Below, in pieces: positions 35,258 through 50,200 of a stretch of DNA of 64,000 nt. The notes under the pieces are model-generated. The model was not told the DNA's origin, did not search any database, and saw only the letters and a program-made list of their open reading frames with translations. Within the stretch, counting starts at the first letter, position 1. Each line of letters opens with the position of its first letter. The stretch spans positions 33,046,001 through 33,110,000 of the forward strand of contig OX597823.1 of assembly GCA_951406725.2 (NCBI GenBank). Direction: 5' to 3'. Both the position numbers and the translations under genes were made by a program. The DNA comes from Octopus vulgaris (taxonomy: Eukaryota).

Positions 35258-38200
35258 GTAATGTGTTCTTGTTTTATAAATATATGTATATACATATATG
35301 TATGCATCTATCTATCTTTATATACATATCCTCGATTCTCTTTTCCTCCTCGATGGATTTATCTTCTCTTTTCTTTCTTACTTCATGTATAATGTACCCG
35401 TCATTTGGTCGGTTTTTTTTTAATGCTGTTACTGGTACAGATTGAATCACTATATTATTTGCCTCTCACTAACACTGTCTTCCTTTTGTCTCCTAACCAC
35501 ACACACAACCTCATACGTGTACATTAAACATTTCTATGTGTATGTGCAATATTGTATAATATATATAATACTGAAAACGACGAGGCGTCAGAACGAGCGT
35601 AGTGTGAAATATTAAATTTTAAAAAATCTGAAACTACACGCTTTGTGTATTGAGTACTCCATATGAAAGCCATCGAAGTCGGCTTCGATTGAACCATGAA
35701 GTAACCGATAGAAGTGTATATATATTATATATATATATATATGTGTGTGTGTGTATAGAAAAATCTTATATGTGCTGGGATTGTTCCGTTCACTTTTTCC
35801 TGAGTTTCTCGAATATTCTCAAATGCACACATGTATAATATAACCGCAACAGACAAATCTATTTGATTTTTTAACCTTATTGAACGATGTAAACGTGCCT
35901 AGAAGGCATCCCATCTCTGCTCTAACGCCGTGTAACATGTGTTCAAATGAAACGCTTTCCGCTTTTTCGCCCATCTCTTGTTTTATTAAACTCGGAACAC
36001 TTCCTAACCACCTTCAACACCGTTTTATATATATCTGTCTTTGGAAATCTTTTAACATGTGTGTCTCTCTAACCCAGCTTTGTCGTCTATCTACTGTCAC
36101 ACTTTGCATTATCATTACTTTCACACAACAATTCTTTCATCAAACACTCTATTTTTCAAATAAAAAAAAAAATAACGAAGACTCCACATTACACTTTGTT
36201 CGGCCCGAATTCGTGCCCGAGTTTGATTAAAACGTTACTGATTTAGGATGTTATTACACATGCATACACACACTTACCCATGTATCTGTCTATCTATATA
36301 TACAGATATATACACATACATACACACACACAGTTATTCAGTTTATCAGCAACTGTTAGGTGTTAAAATGTAACGCTATCGGTCGTATCAATCAAGCAAT
36401 CATTTAATACACACACACACACACACACTATATATATATATATATGTATAACATACACCCACCCACAAAATTGTATGACTGGTTTTTCTTTGTTAATATA
36501 CATATTAGGTTAGCAGGGTTTTTTTAATTTCTAAGTAGTAGCCTGTGTAATATTATTAACATTTGTAGAGAATCGTTTTGTTAGACTTTTTACATAGTAC
36601 GTGTGTGCGTACATATACATATATGTGTTTGCAGTATTCTGTAAGTGCTGTTAAGTCGGTTAAAATAATTTTGTGGGAGATGTCTAATAATGCCGTGTAA
36701 GAAAGTGAAAAACTCTGGCGGTTTGACAGTGCACACAGCTAGGTTTTGCTACCACCTTACTCATTTCTCCTCTCACTTTCCCTCTCTTTCCCACCAAACC
36801 TTATTTTTCATTTACCATCTCCAACTCTACAAAAGACTTGCCATTTCGTCATTGGCAACTTTACTGCTCTGACTTTTTTTATAGTTGCATTTAGTTTAGC
36901 CACACTCATCCATCGAAAATTTTTGATAAATATAATTAATTTTCGAGTTTTTATCGCTGCATTGTTTCTTCCCACCATATTTTAAATAGTCATACCTCTC
37001 TCTCTCACACACACACGCTCGTATAATATTACATCGGTTTTTACTTATTTTCTTTGCTGACAGTTTCTCTTCTGACTTGGCTTCAACACTACCTTTCATT
37101 TTCCCTTATAAGAATTAGAATTTAAAATACCTTTATTTCTTTGCCTGTTCTGTCTTCCAACAATTAAAAAAAAAAAAAAATTTCGTATCTTTAGACGAAT
37201 ATATTTTCCCCTATTTTTATCGAACCACACTTGCGGCCGAAGTGGGTGGTATTGTTATCCTAACAACTTAGCTTAGATATCTCAGTGAGTTATTGCTGCT
37301 TAATGAGACTGATGTTGGAGAAATATTTTATTTGAAACCCTTCAAATAACTCTCTTATGTCATCCTACCATCCCACTGTTATAAGGACCCTTTAGATAAT
37401 GTAACTCTAAATTTCATCTAAAAAGACAGTATGGTCACGTTTGGAATGTCTTTGATTAGGACTGACCTGGTTGATCAATCAAGAATAGAAACCGGCTCGT
37501 ATTGTTTACCACTATTTGAATTACTTGGTCCTACATGATGCCGTGAACGTTTAACTAACATATAAAACGCACACGTGGATTAGAATTAAAAAGTATTTAA
37601 AAAAAATACTTGATTCATCGCAGTATTTTACCCTTCACAGAAAAATTCTTTTACATAAATGTATAATTTAGTTTAATGAAATAAAATACTCTATCTGCTG
37701 ACTGTTGTGCTATTCATTGACTTCAAAACAATGTAGTTTTGCAATTAACAAAATTAATTAGTATTTTTCTTCCACCGTATGTTTGAACTAGTGTATATAC
37801 AGTATATATAGCTTTGTGTGTATGTGTCAGATACTGTTTTTAGTGTGTTTAGTAGGTAAAATCCACTTGTATTTCTAACCAGCTGTTTACAAACAGGTTA
37901 TTTAGCAGAGAAGCTGAGAACGGTTAATTCAGTGTATAAATAGCAGATAATACTTATATTTATAGCCACGACCTTCAGGTCTTCATTTCCAAAATAATTT
38001 CTAATTACTATCACTAATTGATTAATATTTTAAATACTTCTTTTCCTCCCTTCCTCTTACAGTGAAGTGTAAAACTTATTTTTGGCAGACATAAATTTTA
38101 TTGCCAAAAATATTTTCCAGAAAATTCTTTGTCATATTAGAAGGAATATAATTTAAAGTGTATAAAACTTATTAAAATTAAATATCAGTTAAAAATATGC

Positions 38201-41200
38201 GTTTGCTTAAAGTGTGTACTAAAACTAAAATCCGTTTTAAATGTTAAGCTTTTAGCTACTACTTGGACGTTTGTTGTTTATACGGTAACTTCCTACCTTG
38301 ATACAACTTGCAGGGGAATTATAAGTTGGTTGGAATTGATCCTGTTACATACAATAAGCCCTTGAAGGAATGAAACTGTCAGTTCTGGCAGGATTTGAAC
38401 TTGAAATGTAAAGATACAGGAGAATATACCCCCAAATCTTTTCACTGTCTTTAAAAAATAATTCTGGAACTATAACCCCTAAAAAGAGAACTAGGTTTTA
38501 AGTGAATGATTTAATCCTTTATCATTTAACGTCCTTTTTACTCACTGGCACGGGTTTGTTGGTATCACTAAACATTGATTTAACTTTATTCATTTGATAA
38601 CTAACTGCAAGGACTCATACTAATCACTTCGGATCTTTTCGGTTTGAACTGCAGTTTTTAAAAATTTCCACGTAACTAGATACTTTTAAACTTCGTAAAC
38701 TGGTAGAATGTGTTTATAAAACATATTTTTCTCTTCGCTTTGAGAAAATTCTATAGTTTGTAAAATATTTTTTTTTTCCTTCAATTTCAACAACCAATCA
38801 ATTATGTCTATTGAGGTGAAAACATTCTGTGCCGTATGAATATGTCCCTCGTTTAAGAAACAGATTGGGTTTATTTATATTTCTGAAGAAAAAAGATACC
38901 CTTCCCCCTAACCCTTACACAGCTTGAAATGCAATAGATCGATACTAGGGTCATAATTATGGGTGACAATTTCATATGACACCGCTAGAAAAAACTGCCG
39001 TTCAAACCGAAAAGATCCATCACTTCTGCAAAATATATTAATCTTAAGTATTTTGTTTTTAATACATTTTCCGTACCTATTTGTGTGGGAGCAACTGTTT
39101 TTTTTTTTCCAATTGGGCGACCTGATCGATTATTTGTGGGACCCCCCCCCCCCTCAGTCAAACTGCAGCAGACAAGTTTAGGTTTTTCAGTGAATGACAG
39201 CACTAAGACATCACTTGAGACTGCCTCTTGTTCTATGATACAAATTCTAGTTTTAAAGTGATTGTTAATTTGTTCCAAACACCTGTTTAATGAGTTATTT
39301 TTGTTAAATAATTTTAAACATTTATTGAAAATAGTATATTTCAACTGAGTGGTAACTAAAGGATTAAAATTTCAAAACCAGCCCACAACCTCCTTAAAGC
39401 TAAAATTGCATTGATGTTTTCAGTTTCATTTCACTATTACTTCTTGAACTCAACCCCTTCTCTCATCTGGAATGTCTTTAAATCACATCTACACTATTTA
39501 ACTGTTGTTTTTCATTATCATGACCATTGCTCTGAACTTGGTTACCCTATCCTTAACCACTGCTGTTCTTTCTTCGACCTTCTCGATCATAACCTATAAT
39601 TTAAAACTATTTTATGACCATGTCATCTCCCCATCTCACTTCCATTCTGGGACTTTAACTTCTGTTTCTCTTTTAAAACCTAACAAATATTTTGTATAAA
39701 AAAGTAAAAAAATAAAAATGAAGATAATGACATGTCACAAGCAAACTTTGAATTGTTTTATAAACTCCTTCCCCTGTTCACTTCTATAGTTGTCACCTAC
39801 ATTACTAAAATAGCCTTGTCTGTTACTTTTACTTTGTCTCCGTATTCTTTTACTGAAGTTCTTTCCAGTGTCAACTGTCACTGAGTCTTAAAGCACGTCC
39901 TTTGTCTTTGAAATTTAAACCGTTGTCGAAAAAACTGTGTTGTATATTGATCTCCAAGAAGCTTCCTGTGTAGATAACAGCCAGTTAGCTAAGACATAAA
40001 GATAACTTAAAGATAAACTTTTATATACTTTTTTCTTTTAAACACCAATAATTATTTCCATTTACTTTGTTTTAATTCCACCTAGTCACTAGTCTTGGTT
40101 GGCTCTCTTCATTGTCTTGCTTTGGTGGTCAAAGTCTGAAACTTGACTTGTATTCAGTAGTGTTTAAAAAATCTTTATCTTCTAACATTATTTTAATGAA
40201 CTATAATTTCACATGCATTTATGACATTTTTTTTTAATGTTATGAATTTTTACCAAAGTTTATATATATTTTAAAATAATCTAGCTGTGTATTTTTCTAA
40301 CAATAGGAAAACCGGCAGAGTCCAGACCCTGAGTCAGGTGAAGAGAATTCTGAATCATGTGACACTGTTTCTCCTGATGCCCTTATCAAGCACCCATTGC
40401 AATTCAAATGGGCTTTATGGTTTTACAAAAATGATAAAACTAAAAATTGGGTTTCCAACTTGAAATTAGTGACAACATTTGATACTGTCGAAGACTTCTG
40501 GTCGTAAGTAAAATGTTATTTTTAATATTTGAAAATTTCTATTTAATCTGTTGTTAAATTTGGTTGTTGATTTTTTTTTTTTTTTTTTCCTGTTTTGCTT
40601 TTCAGGTTATATAACCATGTTCAGAGAGCTAGCAAGATCCCATATGGCTGTGATTATTCTATGTTCAAGGTAAGCTTTGACTATTCTGTGTTGAAATACC
40701 TGATGATAGTACTCTTGCTAATGCTTAAAGATAATGGATAGTTGAAGAGAGCTTAGAATGGCTTATTTCTTTAAAAAGTTTGACCAATGAAAACAGCTGC
40801 AGTAAAACCTACAGTGTACTGATGTTATTTAAAGATCATTTACATTACTTACATTTGACAGATATTTGTCCTCATCTTGTTTAACACGTTTCGGCTGATC
40901 TATCCTCCAGCCTTCATTAGATGTCTTGGGGAAATTTTGAACCTGGGTTCTCATTCCTAAGGTATTCCATCAAATGTTAATAATGTACATAATTCCTCAT
41001 CTCTTAAATATAGAACTGTTAGCAACATATATTAATCATCTCAAAGTGGAAAACAGCACAATTTGAAATGGTTGATAATCATTGACTCTGCACCTTATAA
41101 CACATCTATGAAAATGTAGACTTTGCATAAAAGAATCGATTAGTATCCATTATGCCAGCAACAAAAATAAAAATGTACTATTTAATAAGATTACAGATGT

Positions 41201-44200
41201 TTTAGTATGCTGTAAGCATGAATATTTATCGCTTCTAAATTTTTTGCAGTATAAAAATATGGCTTAGATTAGAACGCATGAATATATGGATTTAAAATCA
41301 TTGTTTAATGTCCGCTTTCCATGCTGGCATAGGTTGGACGGTTTGACTGGCAAGCTAGAAGGCTGTACCAGGCCCCAATCTGATCTGGCAAGGTTTCTAC
41401 AGCTGGATGCCTTTCCTAATGCCAACAGCTCCGAGAGTGTAGTGGGTGCTTTTTACTTGCCACCGGCACAGGAGCCAGTCAGGCGGCACTGGCATCGACC
41501 ATGCTCGAATGGTGCTTTTTACATGCCAGTCAGGTGGTACTGGCATCAGCAACAGCAATGACTTTACTTAACTCAGTAGGTCTTTGCAAGCACAGTTTAT
41601 TGCCCAATGATGGAAGGGTACTCTTAAATGTGCTGGTTATGCTGCACTGGCATAGATCATGGTTGCATCTCATTTAGCTTGCTGGGTCTTCTCAAGCACA
41701 GCATATCTCCAAAGGTCGTGGTTACACATCATTGCCTCCATGAGGCCCAACATTCAAAGGTTGTGCTTCACCACCTCATCCCATGTCTTACTGGGCCTAC
41801 CTCTTCCACAGGTTCCCTCTACTGGTAGGGTGACACTTTTTCACACAGCTGTCCTCTTCCATATGCACCACATGGCCATACCAGTGCAGTCATCTCTCTT
41901 GCACATCATGTCTGATGCTTCTTATGTACAACTTTTCTCACGGGGCGTTTACGCTCTGTCATGTATGCACACTGATATTACACATCCAGTGGAGCATACT
42001 AGCTTCATTTTTTGCAAGCCTACACATGTCCTCAGCAGTCACGGTCCATGTTTTACTGCAGTGTAGCATGGCTGTTTGCACACGAGTCATACAGTCTACC
42101 TTTTACTCTGAGTGAGAGGCCCTTTGTCACCAGTCTATTCTTATTTCTTTACTGCCTACAAGGGGCTACACACAGAGGGGACAAACGGATTAAGTCGATT
42201 ATATTGACCCCAGTGCGTAACTAGTACTTATTTAATTGACCCCGAAAGGATGAAAGGTAAAGTCGACCTCAGCGGAATTTGAACTTAGAACGTAGTGGCA
42301 GACGAAACACCGCTAAGCATTTCGCCCAGCATGCTAGCGATTCTGCCAGCTCGCCGCCTTGTTATTCTATTCTTATTCTAGCAGTTACACTCTCAGAGCA
42401 TCCACCCCTCGCTACTGACTTGGTCACCTAGGTAATGGAAGCTATCAACTACTTCTAGTTTTTCCCCCTGGCATGCGATGGAAGCTGTTTTCTGCAAATT
42501 TTCAGTTTTTATTGCCCCTGAGCATTTGCCACATATAAAAACTATCTTCCCAGTTAGCCTCCCTTTGATATTGCTGCACCTCTTATGTATCCATAGCTTA
42601 CACTAGGTACATCTTATGGAGTTTCTACCTATGCTATTTCTCCTTAAAATTCTCTAGTTTTGATTGTGACTCAGCTATGCACCACATCAGCATAGAGAAG
42701 CTCCCAGGAGCAAGCTGTCTTGAATTCCTCTGTTATTGCCTGGAGGACTATGATGAATAAGAGGGGCTGAGGACTGATCCTTAGTTGATCTCTACTCGGA
42801 ATTCTTCACTTTACTCTTGCCAACCCTCACCTTACTGACAGCATCCTATATTAAAATAATTTAGAAATATATAAATACACAATGGAATATTCCAATAGGC
42901 CACATGTCTACCTATTCAACTATTTTTCTTTATAAACGATTCTATTTCAGGTTCTATTTTGTCATTTATATTTTTAATTATTTCATTATTCGACGTCTAC
43001 CCACTAATACAAATTCATCATGTAGAGCTGACTTCACCATGAACAGTGAACCCTGAAGAAGAAAATATCATTTTGATGGAGCTGAATATGGATTGTTCCT
43101 ACAGCCCTTTAATATTTTCTGAAACAGCTGTAGATTTTTAACTAACTTTTACTTTTCATATTTTGTATTGCTGAACTTTATTCATAATTTTTAATCTCCC
43201 TCAATTACATGTATCTACACACGCATACACGTTTATGTTTTTATGTCATCATTATATACTTGAATAGAATGTCTTCATTTAAATTTGAATTATTTTAATA
43301 TATACATGTTTATTGATCCTGAAAGTACATGAATGGAACAATGTATCCTGTCCAATCGCGTCTTATAAATCACTGGAAACATTTCGTTTATTTGGATGTA
43401 AATTACGGATAACCAAAGTTTATCTCCTACACAAATTAAGATTACCACTGATCTTTACCCTTGTAATTGAACATTTCAGCAATTGTGTGAATATATTTTA
43501 TTAGTGCACATATAACCATCTTAAAGATAGTGGCTCTGACATTGGGATTAGCTTTTCTGGTGATTATCTTCTTAAAGGCTGTAGTATGTAGGGGTTGAAG
43601 GGAATTCAGCTGATTATTTCTAACTTGAGTAAGCTTTCAATGAAAGCTTTTCTGTTGCCTTTTTGCATATCAGGAGACAATGATTTGTGTGAGCTTGGAA
43701 TGCTATTTTTAGTTGGCCAGTATCGATAGCAGTCCTTGTTTTTAAGTCTCATGATAACCCTAATCTGCCCTATGGTAAAAGGCATTGAAGCCATGATCTC
43801 CCTACTTGTGTCTATTTGAGGGAGATTTATTTCTGACATGTCAAGTAACTGTTTAGAGGCTGTCATTAGTTGGTTTGAGTGTCTTTTTGTATATCAGGAA
43901 GTATGTTGTTCTCTGTATCCTTTAAGACTGTAGGTTTGTGAGTTAAGGGAAATTTAGTTGCTATTTCCAGCATTTCAAACAATTATTCCAAGGCTCTGCT
44001 TATTGCGTAGAATGTTAAGCTGTTACTGTTTAGTCTTGAGTTGCCAAAAAGCATTCAAGCTGTTTGTTTAGCCATTTTGTATATTCATTGTCTGACATTT
44101 TTTAAAAAACTGATTTGAAGATCATTTGGCTGCTGTTTTTAGCCATAACTGTTCAGTCCTTATATTGTAAGATAATAGGGGACACACACACACACATTAA

Positions 44201-47200
44201 TAGTTATGCAGATAGAGAATATTGTGTTTAGATTGACGTTTTTTTAAAAGAAAAGCCAATACATTTAGATATGACTTAGAATGATTGTAGCAGACAAGTG
44301 TGTGTGTGTAGATGTCTCTGTTCATAAGAACCTCTTAAATTATATAGTTTTTGCGTGTAGGTATATTTATTCAATTGCACACATACACACACAAGGCTTC
44401 ATATATTTGTGTATGTACGAAAGTATTATACATCTATCTATATGTATATATTAATGCTTTCATTACTAACTTGCCTGTAGTTGGTCGAAAAATGTTTTGG
44501 TTTATATTATCAAACCAGCGGAGAATTTCGGCGCAAATCTCATTAGCACATTTGTGAACACATGTGGTTTCACTATGTAAACAATTGAATTGTACTGTCT
44601 GCCATTATTGTACACGATATCTGAGTGCTGCGAATTTTTGGAGATTTTTTTTTTTTTTCATTTTGATTTTCTGAAATGTTCACTGGATGAAAAATGGATA
44701 CTTGTTCCATTTTGTCAAGCAGCAAGTTTGGTTTTGAAGAACTTTTGAAAGAAGACAATATATGACAAGCATGAAAACCATGTTTCATTATCACCATTGT
44801 TTAATGTCTGCATTCCATGCTGGCATGGGTTTGCTGGTTTAACTGAAAACTGGTAAACTAAGGGGGTGCACCAGGTTCCAATCTAATTTGGCAAGATTTC
44901 TACAGCTGGATACCCTTCCTAACGCCAACCATTCTGAGAGTGTAGTGGGTGTTCTTTTACTTGCTGGCTATAACTATGGTTTCACTTGGCTTGATGGGTC
45001 AACACAACTATGGTATTGCCAGGGGTCTTGGTCACCAGACATTGGGCCTCCATGAGGCCCAATGCTCAAATGGTGCATTTTACATATCAGTCAGGTGGCA
45101 CTGGCATTGACTACGATTTCACTCAGTTCAACAGGTCTCCACAAGTACAGCATATTGCCCAGTGATTGAAGGGTGCTTTAACCCTTTAGCATTTAAACCG
45201 GCCATATCCGGCCAAAAGCATTCTGCCTGTTTTATGTTCAAACTGGCCAGATCTGGTCTCTCACACTGACCCTACAATATTGTTTTAAAAGTTAACAGCT
45301 ACCTCATCAAAATCTCATATCTACAAGATAATGCCTGATTAGTTCAAAACAATGTGAATGAAAAAGCATTAATTTTGGCAGAATAATGTGAACACTAAAG
45401 GGTTAAACAGGTCAGTTATGTGACACTGGCATCATCCATGACTACGATCTCACTTGGCTTGACATCACTGCCTCCATTATGAATTGTATATTTCTTTTTC
45501 CGAAAAGTGAAACAGTTTCAATGGTGATAAAAGAAAAATGAGTTTATACCTGAGTATAGTGAGAATTTAACTGTTTTTCTTAGTTATTTTTAGGATGATA
45601 TTAGACTGAGCTACAGTCATTCTAAGGAAATGAAAATGTTAGATTATTTTTTAGTTTTTATGATGATAATGAATCAATTACTGCAGAAGCAAATTGTTAT
45701 GCAGAAAAAGGTATTTTGAGTTTTCCCACATAAGTGTAAGAAAATAAAAAATTTGAGCATTTTTTAGGAAGTGTGTATGTGTGTGTGAAGTAATTTTTTT
45801 CAAATTTGTTTTTATTTTTTATTTACCTGTTAGATGCATGACTAAGTTTGATTAATTGGGATTGTGAATCATATGTGCTTCTGTGTATTTAAGTTTATGT
45901 ATGAGGTTATTTCATTCTGTTTTGCCTTTATGGTACACTTGTCTTATGTGCATTAAGTTCAACTGATAAATAATCCAGTAATTTGCACAATTCATATTAA
46001 ATTTTGTATGTTCATTGAATATTAGCCAATGACTTGTTATCTATGCTGATGTTCAAATTAAATTTAAGTCATTTCTATTTTGTTGAATTTACCTAGAATT
46101 AGATTCACTTTGGGACAAAAATGACGAAACAGATTTGGTTAAGAACCTTTCATTAAATTGTGTTCCAAAAATGTCATTAATATGTTGATAAATATAAAAA
46201 TTAGTTGTTTTATGAAACCAGTGCAAATCCAAGATTATTTTAGAAATATAGTTAAGAAAGGGTCTGTAAAGTTTGGCAATCCAGCCTTAGAAACCATTCT
46301 AAAGTAGACATTGTGGCAGAACTTAGACTTTTGTTTTGTCAGATCCTGTCAAACTGTCCAACCCATGTTACCATGGAAGCTGAGCATTTTATATCTCATT
46401 ATCATTTTAACCTCCATTGTTCATGCTGGCATGGGTTTGACTGGGCTGGCATGCTGGAAGGCTGCGCTAGGATCCAGTCTGATTTGGCATGGTTTTCTAT
46501 AGCTGGATGCCTCTCCTGATGCCAACCACTCTGAGAGTGTAATGGGTGCTTGTATGTGACACCGGTATTTGCCATAACTGATTTTGCTCGGAATATATAT
46601 ATTGCATTTGGGTATGTTTATATTTGTAGGGGTACTTCTGCTGATCATCCTTCTTATCTACCTGTTGATTAGCTTCGTTCTTTTCCTCCTCTGAATCACA
46701 TATTTACCCTTCTGTCTCTTATCTCTCCATCACCTATGAAGCTCACAAACTATGAATGGTTATCTTACTTACTACCCCCTTCATTGTACCTCTACCCATC
46801 CTTCACTTGGCCTATGTATGTAAGACTTTTGCTTTTTCCTCATCACTCTACCTATACCCACCTCTACTGCTGTCCATCTCCCTCCTCACCTTGGTCATTA
46901 CTTTATCAATCATGCCTTGTATTCTTGTTTGCCCAACTATTGCCATCCCTCTCTCCCTGCCCTGTCCTCCACCACTCAGCTTCAGCCATTCTCTCTGGAA
47001 CCTGTTCATCCCCATTATTCTCTCTTTCATGTTCTCTTCTGTTGTACTTTCCATCCATACTCTTATGTGGAGTAGCCCTGGACCCTCTCCACACAACTTC
47101 TTCCTAATTAACCAGATTTCCTTTTACCCTCCTTTTCACCACTATAAATCTCTCATACCTCACCCTCATCACCTTGTCTAAAATCATCATACACACTCCA

Positions 47201-50200
47201 CTTCTCCTGTTATAGGGCTTACTTTAAGCCCTTCAGTCTTGAAAGTTGCAAAGTGATGTCTCTAGTTGCTGGTACCCACAAAAAAGCACTCTGTAAAGTG
47301 GTTAGAGATAGTAATGGAGCATGACTCAACCCCCCCTTCCCCAACTCCTCAGATCTTGTCCAGCTTATGCCACCATGGAGAGTGAACATAAGACCAGTTT
47401 CTCCTTTTATAACTCAAACCATGTATATATCTCATTCTGGGTGATTGCAATTCTAACAACACTAAAAAGATCATGCCATCTACTTCTGTATAAATGTTTG
47501 AGTTTAAACTATCAGTAGTACCTCATAACATACCATATGTGGATCACTTAAGTTCATAATCCTTTGCTTTTTGTCCTTATATTAGCAAATGCTGTTAGTT
47601 CACTGGGGGTTCATTGCATCATATTTTCAGTTCCATGCATCTGCACTCAGTGCCTATACCTCACTGTGGTGAAGTACTGTACTTAGACAAACTTCACATA
47701 GCTTGCTCTGAACTTTTAAACTATGTTGTCTTTTACAATCACTTGCAGCACTAAATACTTTGAGGTAACCAAAAAAAATGACTATTTCTGACAAGCCACC
47801 TGAGCAGGTCATGTGCTCCTATTGCTAACTACTCCTGTGTATCTTTCACATCTTACATCCTGGTTCTGTCAACCTGCCAGAAATTTCATTCCACATTTTT
47901 ATGTACTTGTTTCTTTCACTGAATATGCAATATTGAGTTCCTGCCTACTCCTTTTCGTATATCTTCTCACGCCCACAACATTCTGCCGGCATATCTTGAG
48001 TATTCTACCTTCACATACCGGCTTGGTGCAACAGTAATAAGTATTTTAATATACCTCAGCTAAAATTTTATTAATTAAAATATTAAAATCTACATATTTT
48101 TGCCAACAAGAAATCCATCTATTCCAGTAGTATGAAATTCTGAAGTCTTGGATCTGATCATTTTTCTCAAGCATTTTGGGAAGTTAAGACCTTTAGAAAA
48201 TGGGGATAGTTGGTTTATGTGAAATCTATGGAATAAACTGGATGAAGAAATTTCATAACCCAGCTCAGTCTGCAGTTATTCCTATTGTGGCTGGGATTAT
48301 TATAAGGAATTGGTCCTTTTTGATTGACCACATTGCTAGATTTAAACATGGTAGTTTTTGGTGCATTTTGTTAATTTCCTAGCAATACTTACCTGCTTTG
48401 GTGTTTTCACTAAGTTTCATGAAATAGTAGATGGTTCCATTTAACCACCAAACAATGGCCATAACCTTTTTATCTAAAGTGTTTTGGTGCTTCACTTAAT
48501 GCCAGTTATAGTATAGAATCTGTGCAAAACTAGCATAAGGAAGCTTTGTGGGTTGTGCAGCTATTATTTTTCAATCTTTTAGACTTTCCAGTGTGGTGCA
48601 AGTCTCAAATTACTATTGAATGGTCAATGTTTTGGCTCTTCTGCAACCTCCTGAGTTGTTGAGGTGTATGAGTCTGCTTCAATAATAGATTTTGCACCAA
48701 CTGAATAACTTTGTACAACTGACTCTCAATTGATTGTCAGTTTAAGCCGCTGATCTTGACTTTCACACATCAAAGTTTAGAATAACAAACACCTTTATAG
48801 ATAAACACTTTTTCAGTATTTCAATTTGCTTCCTTATAATTTTCAGCAAGGGCTCATAGGTGTAGGAGTGGTTGTGGTAAGTAGCTTGCTTACCAACCAC
48901 ATGGTTCCAGGTTCAGTCCCACTGCGTGGCACTTTGGGCAAGTGTCCTCTACAACAGCCTTGGGCTGACAAAATCCTTGTGAGTGGATTTGGTTGACGGA
49001 AACTGAAAAAAGCTTGTTGTATACATGTGTATATGTTTGCATGTCTGTGTTTGTCCCCCCAATATCACTTGACAACCACTGCTGGTGTGTTTGCGTTCCC
49101 ATAACTTAGTGGTTTGGCCAAAGAGACCGATATGATAAGTACTAGGCTTACAAAGAATGTCCTAGGGTCGATTTGCTCAACTAAAGGCGATGCGCCAGCA
49201 TGGTCACAGTCAAATGAGTAAAACCAAAGGATAAAAGAATATACAGAATATCATTTAAGGTGTAAAAGTAATTTTGCTTATTATAAACTTTTAATAGAAC
49301 ATGAAACAGAATAAAAATTATAAATGCATGCTGGCAGTTTTATAGGCTTATTCCTGATACTATCTAACTTGTGTGTTTTTATCACTAGAAATTCTGCAAG
49401 GAAAGTATATTTAACAAGAACTTTGTCTAATTTTTGTGTAGGTCCAGAAAACTCAGTGGTAGTTAATGCTTGGTATGTCACATCAGAATTTCATCCAGAA
49501 AATTCAACTTCATTTTCACATACCTGTATCATCTGGAGTGAAATTCAGATATTTTCTCTCAGTATTTTCAGTATCCTAGAGAAAACATTCAGATTAATCA
49601 CAAAAAGAAAATTTGTGATCAAAGCTTAAGAGTTCCACAGGAGCACTCTAACATCTGCTTGGTTAATGTATCAAATTGATGGTCCATTTAATATTTTGTT
49701 TTTACATACACAATTCATCATTGGTCTGCTTTCCATGCTGGCATTGGTTGGATAGTTTGACTGAGAACTGGCAAACCAAGAGGTTGCATCAGGCTCCAAT
49801 CTGATCTGGCAAGGTTTCTACAGTTGGATGCCCTTCCTAATGCCAACCACTCCAAAAGTGTAGTGGGTGCTTTTTATGTACCACTGGCACAGGAGCCAGT
49901 CAGGTGGTACTGGCATTGACCACACTTGAATGGTGCTTTTTATGTGCCAGTCAAGTATCACTGGCATTGCCTACACTCAAATGGTGCTTTTTATGTGCCA
50001 GTCAGGTGGCACTGGCATTGGCCATGATCATGATTTTACTTGATTCAACAGGACTTCACAAGCATGCCATATCACCCAACAATTGAAGGGTACTTTTAAA
50101 TGGGCCAGTTATGTGACACTGGCATCAGCTATGACTACGATCTCACTTGGCTTGCTGGGTCTTCTTGAGCATGGCATATCTTCAAAGAACTCAGTCGCTT

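Noticed and set aside
35108-35392. 94-aa ORF as a standalone gene
   Set aside because: Only its MASEQVEERE portion is eIF4E exon 1; the rest is 5' UTR and intron read-through.
46640-47210. Strongly pyrimidine-skewed block with ORFs (similar blocks at 18010-18480, 28320-28780, 31985-32220, 51060-51310)
   Set aside because: Low-complexity, decayed repeat-associated tracts without splice signals or recognisable protein motifs.
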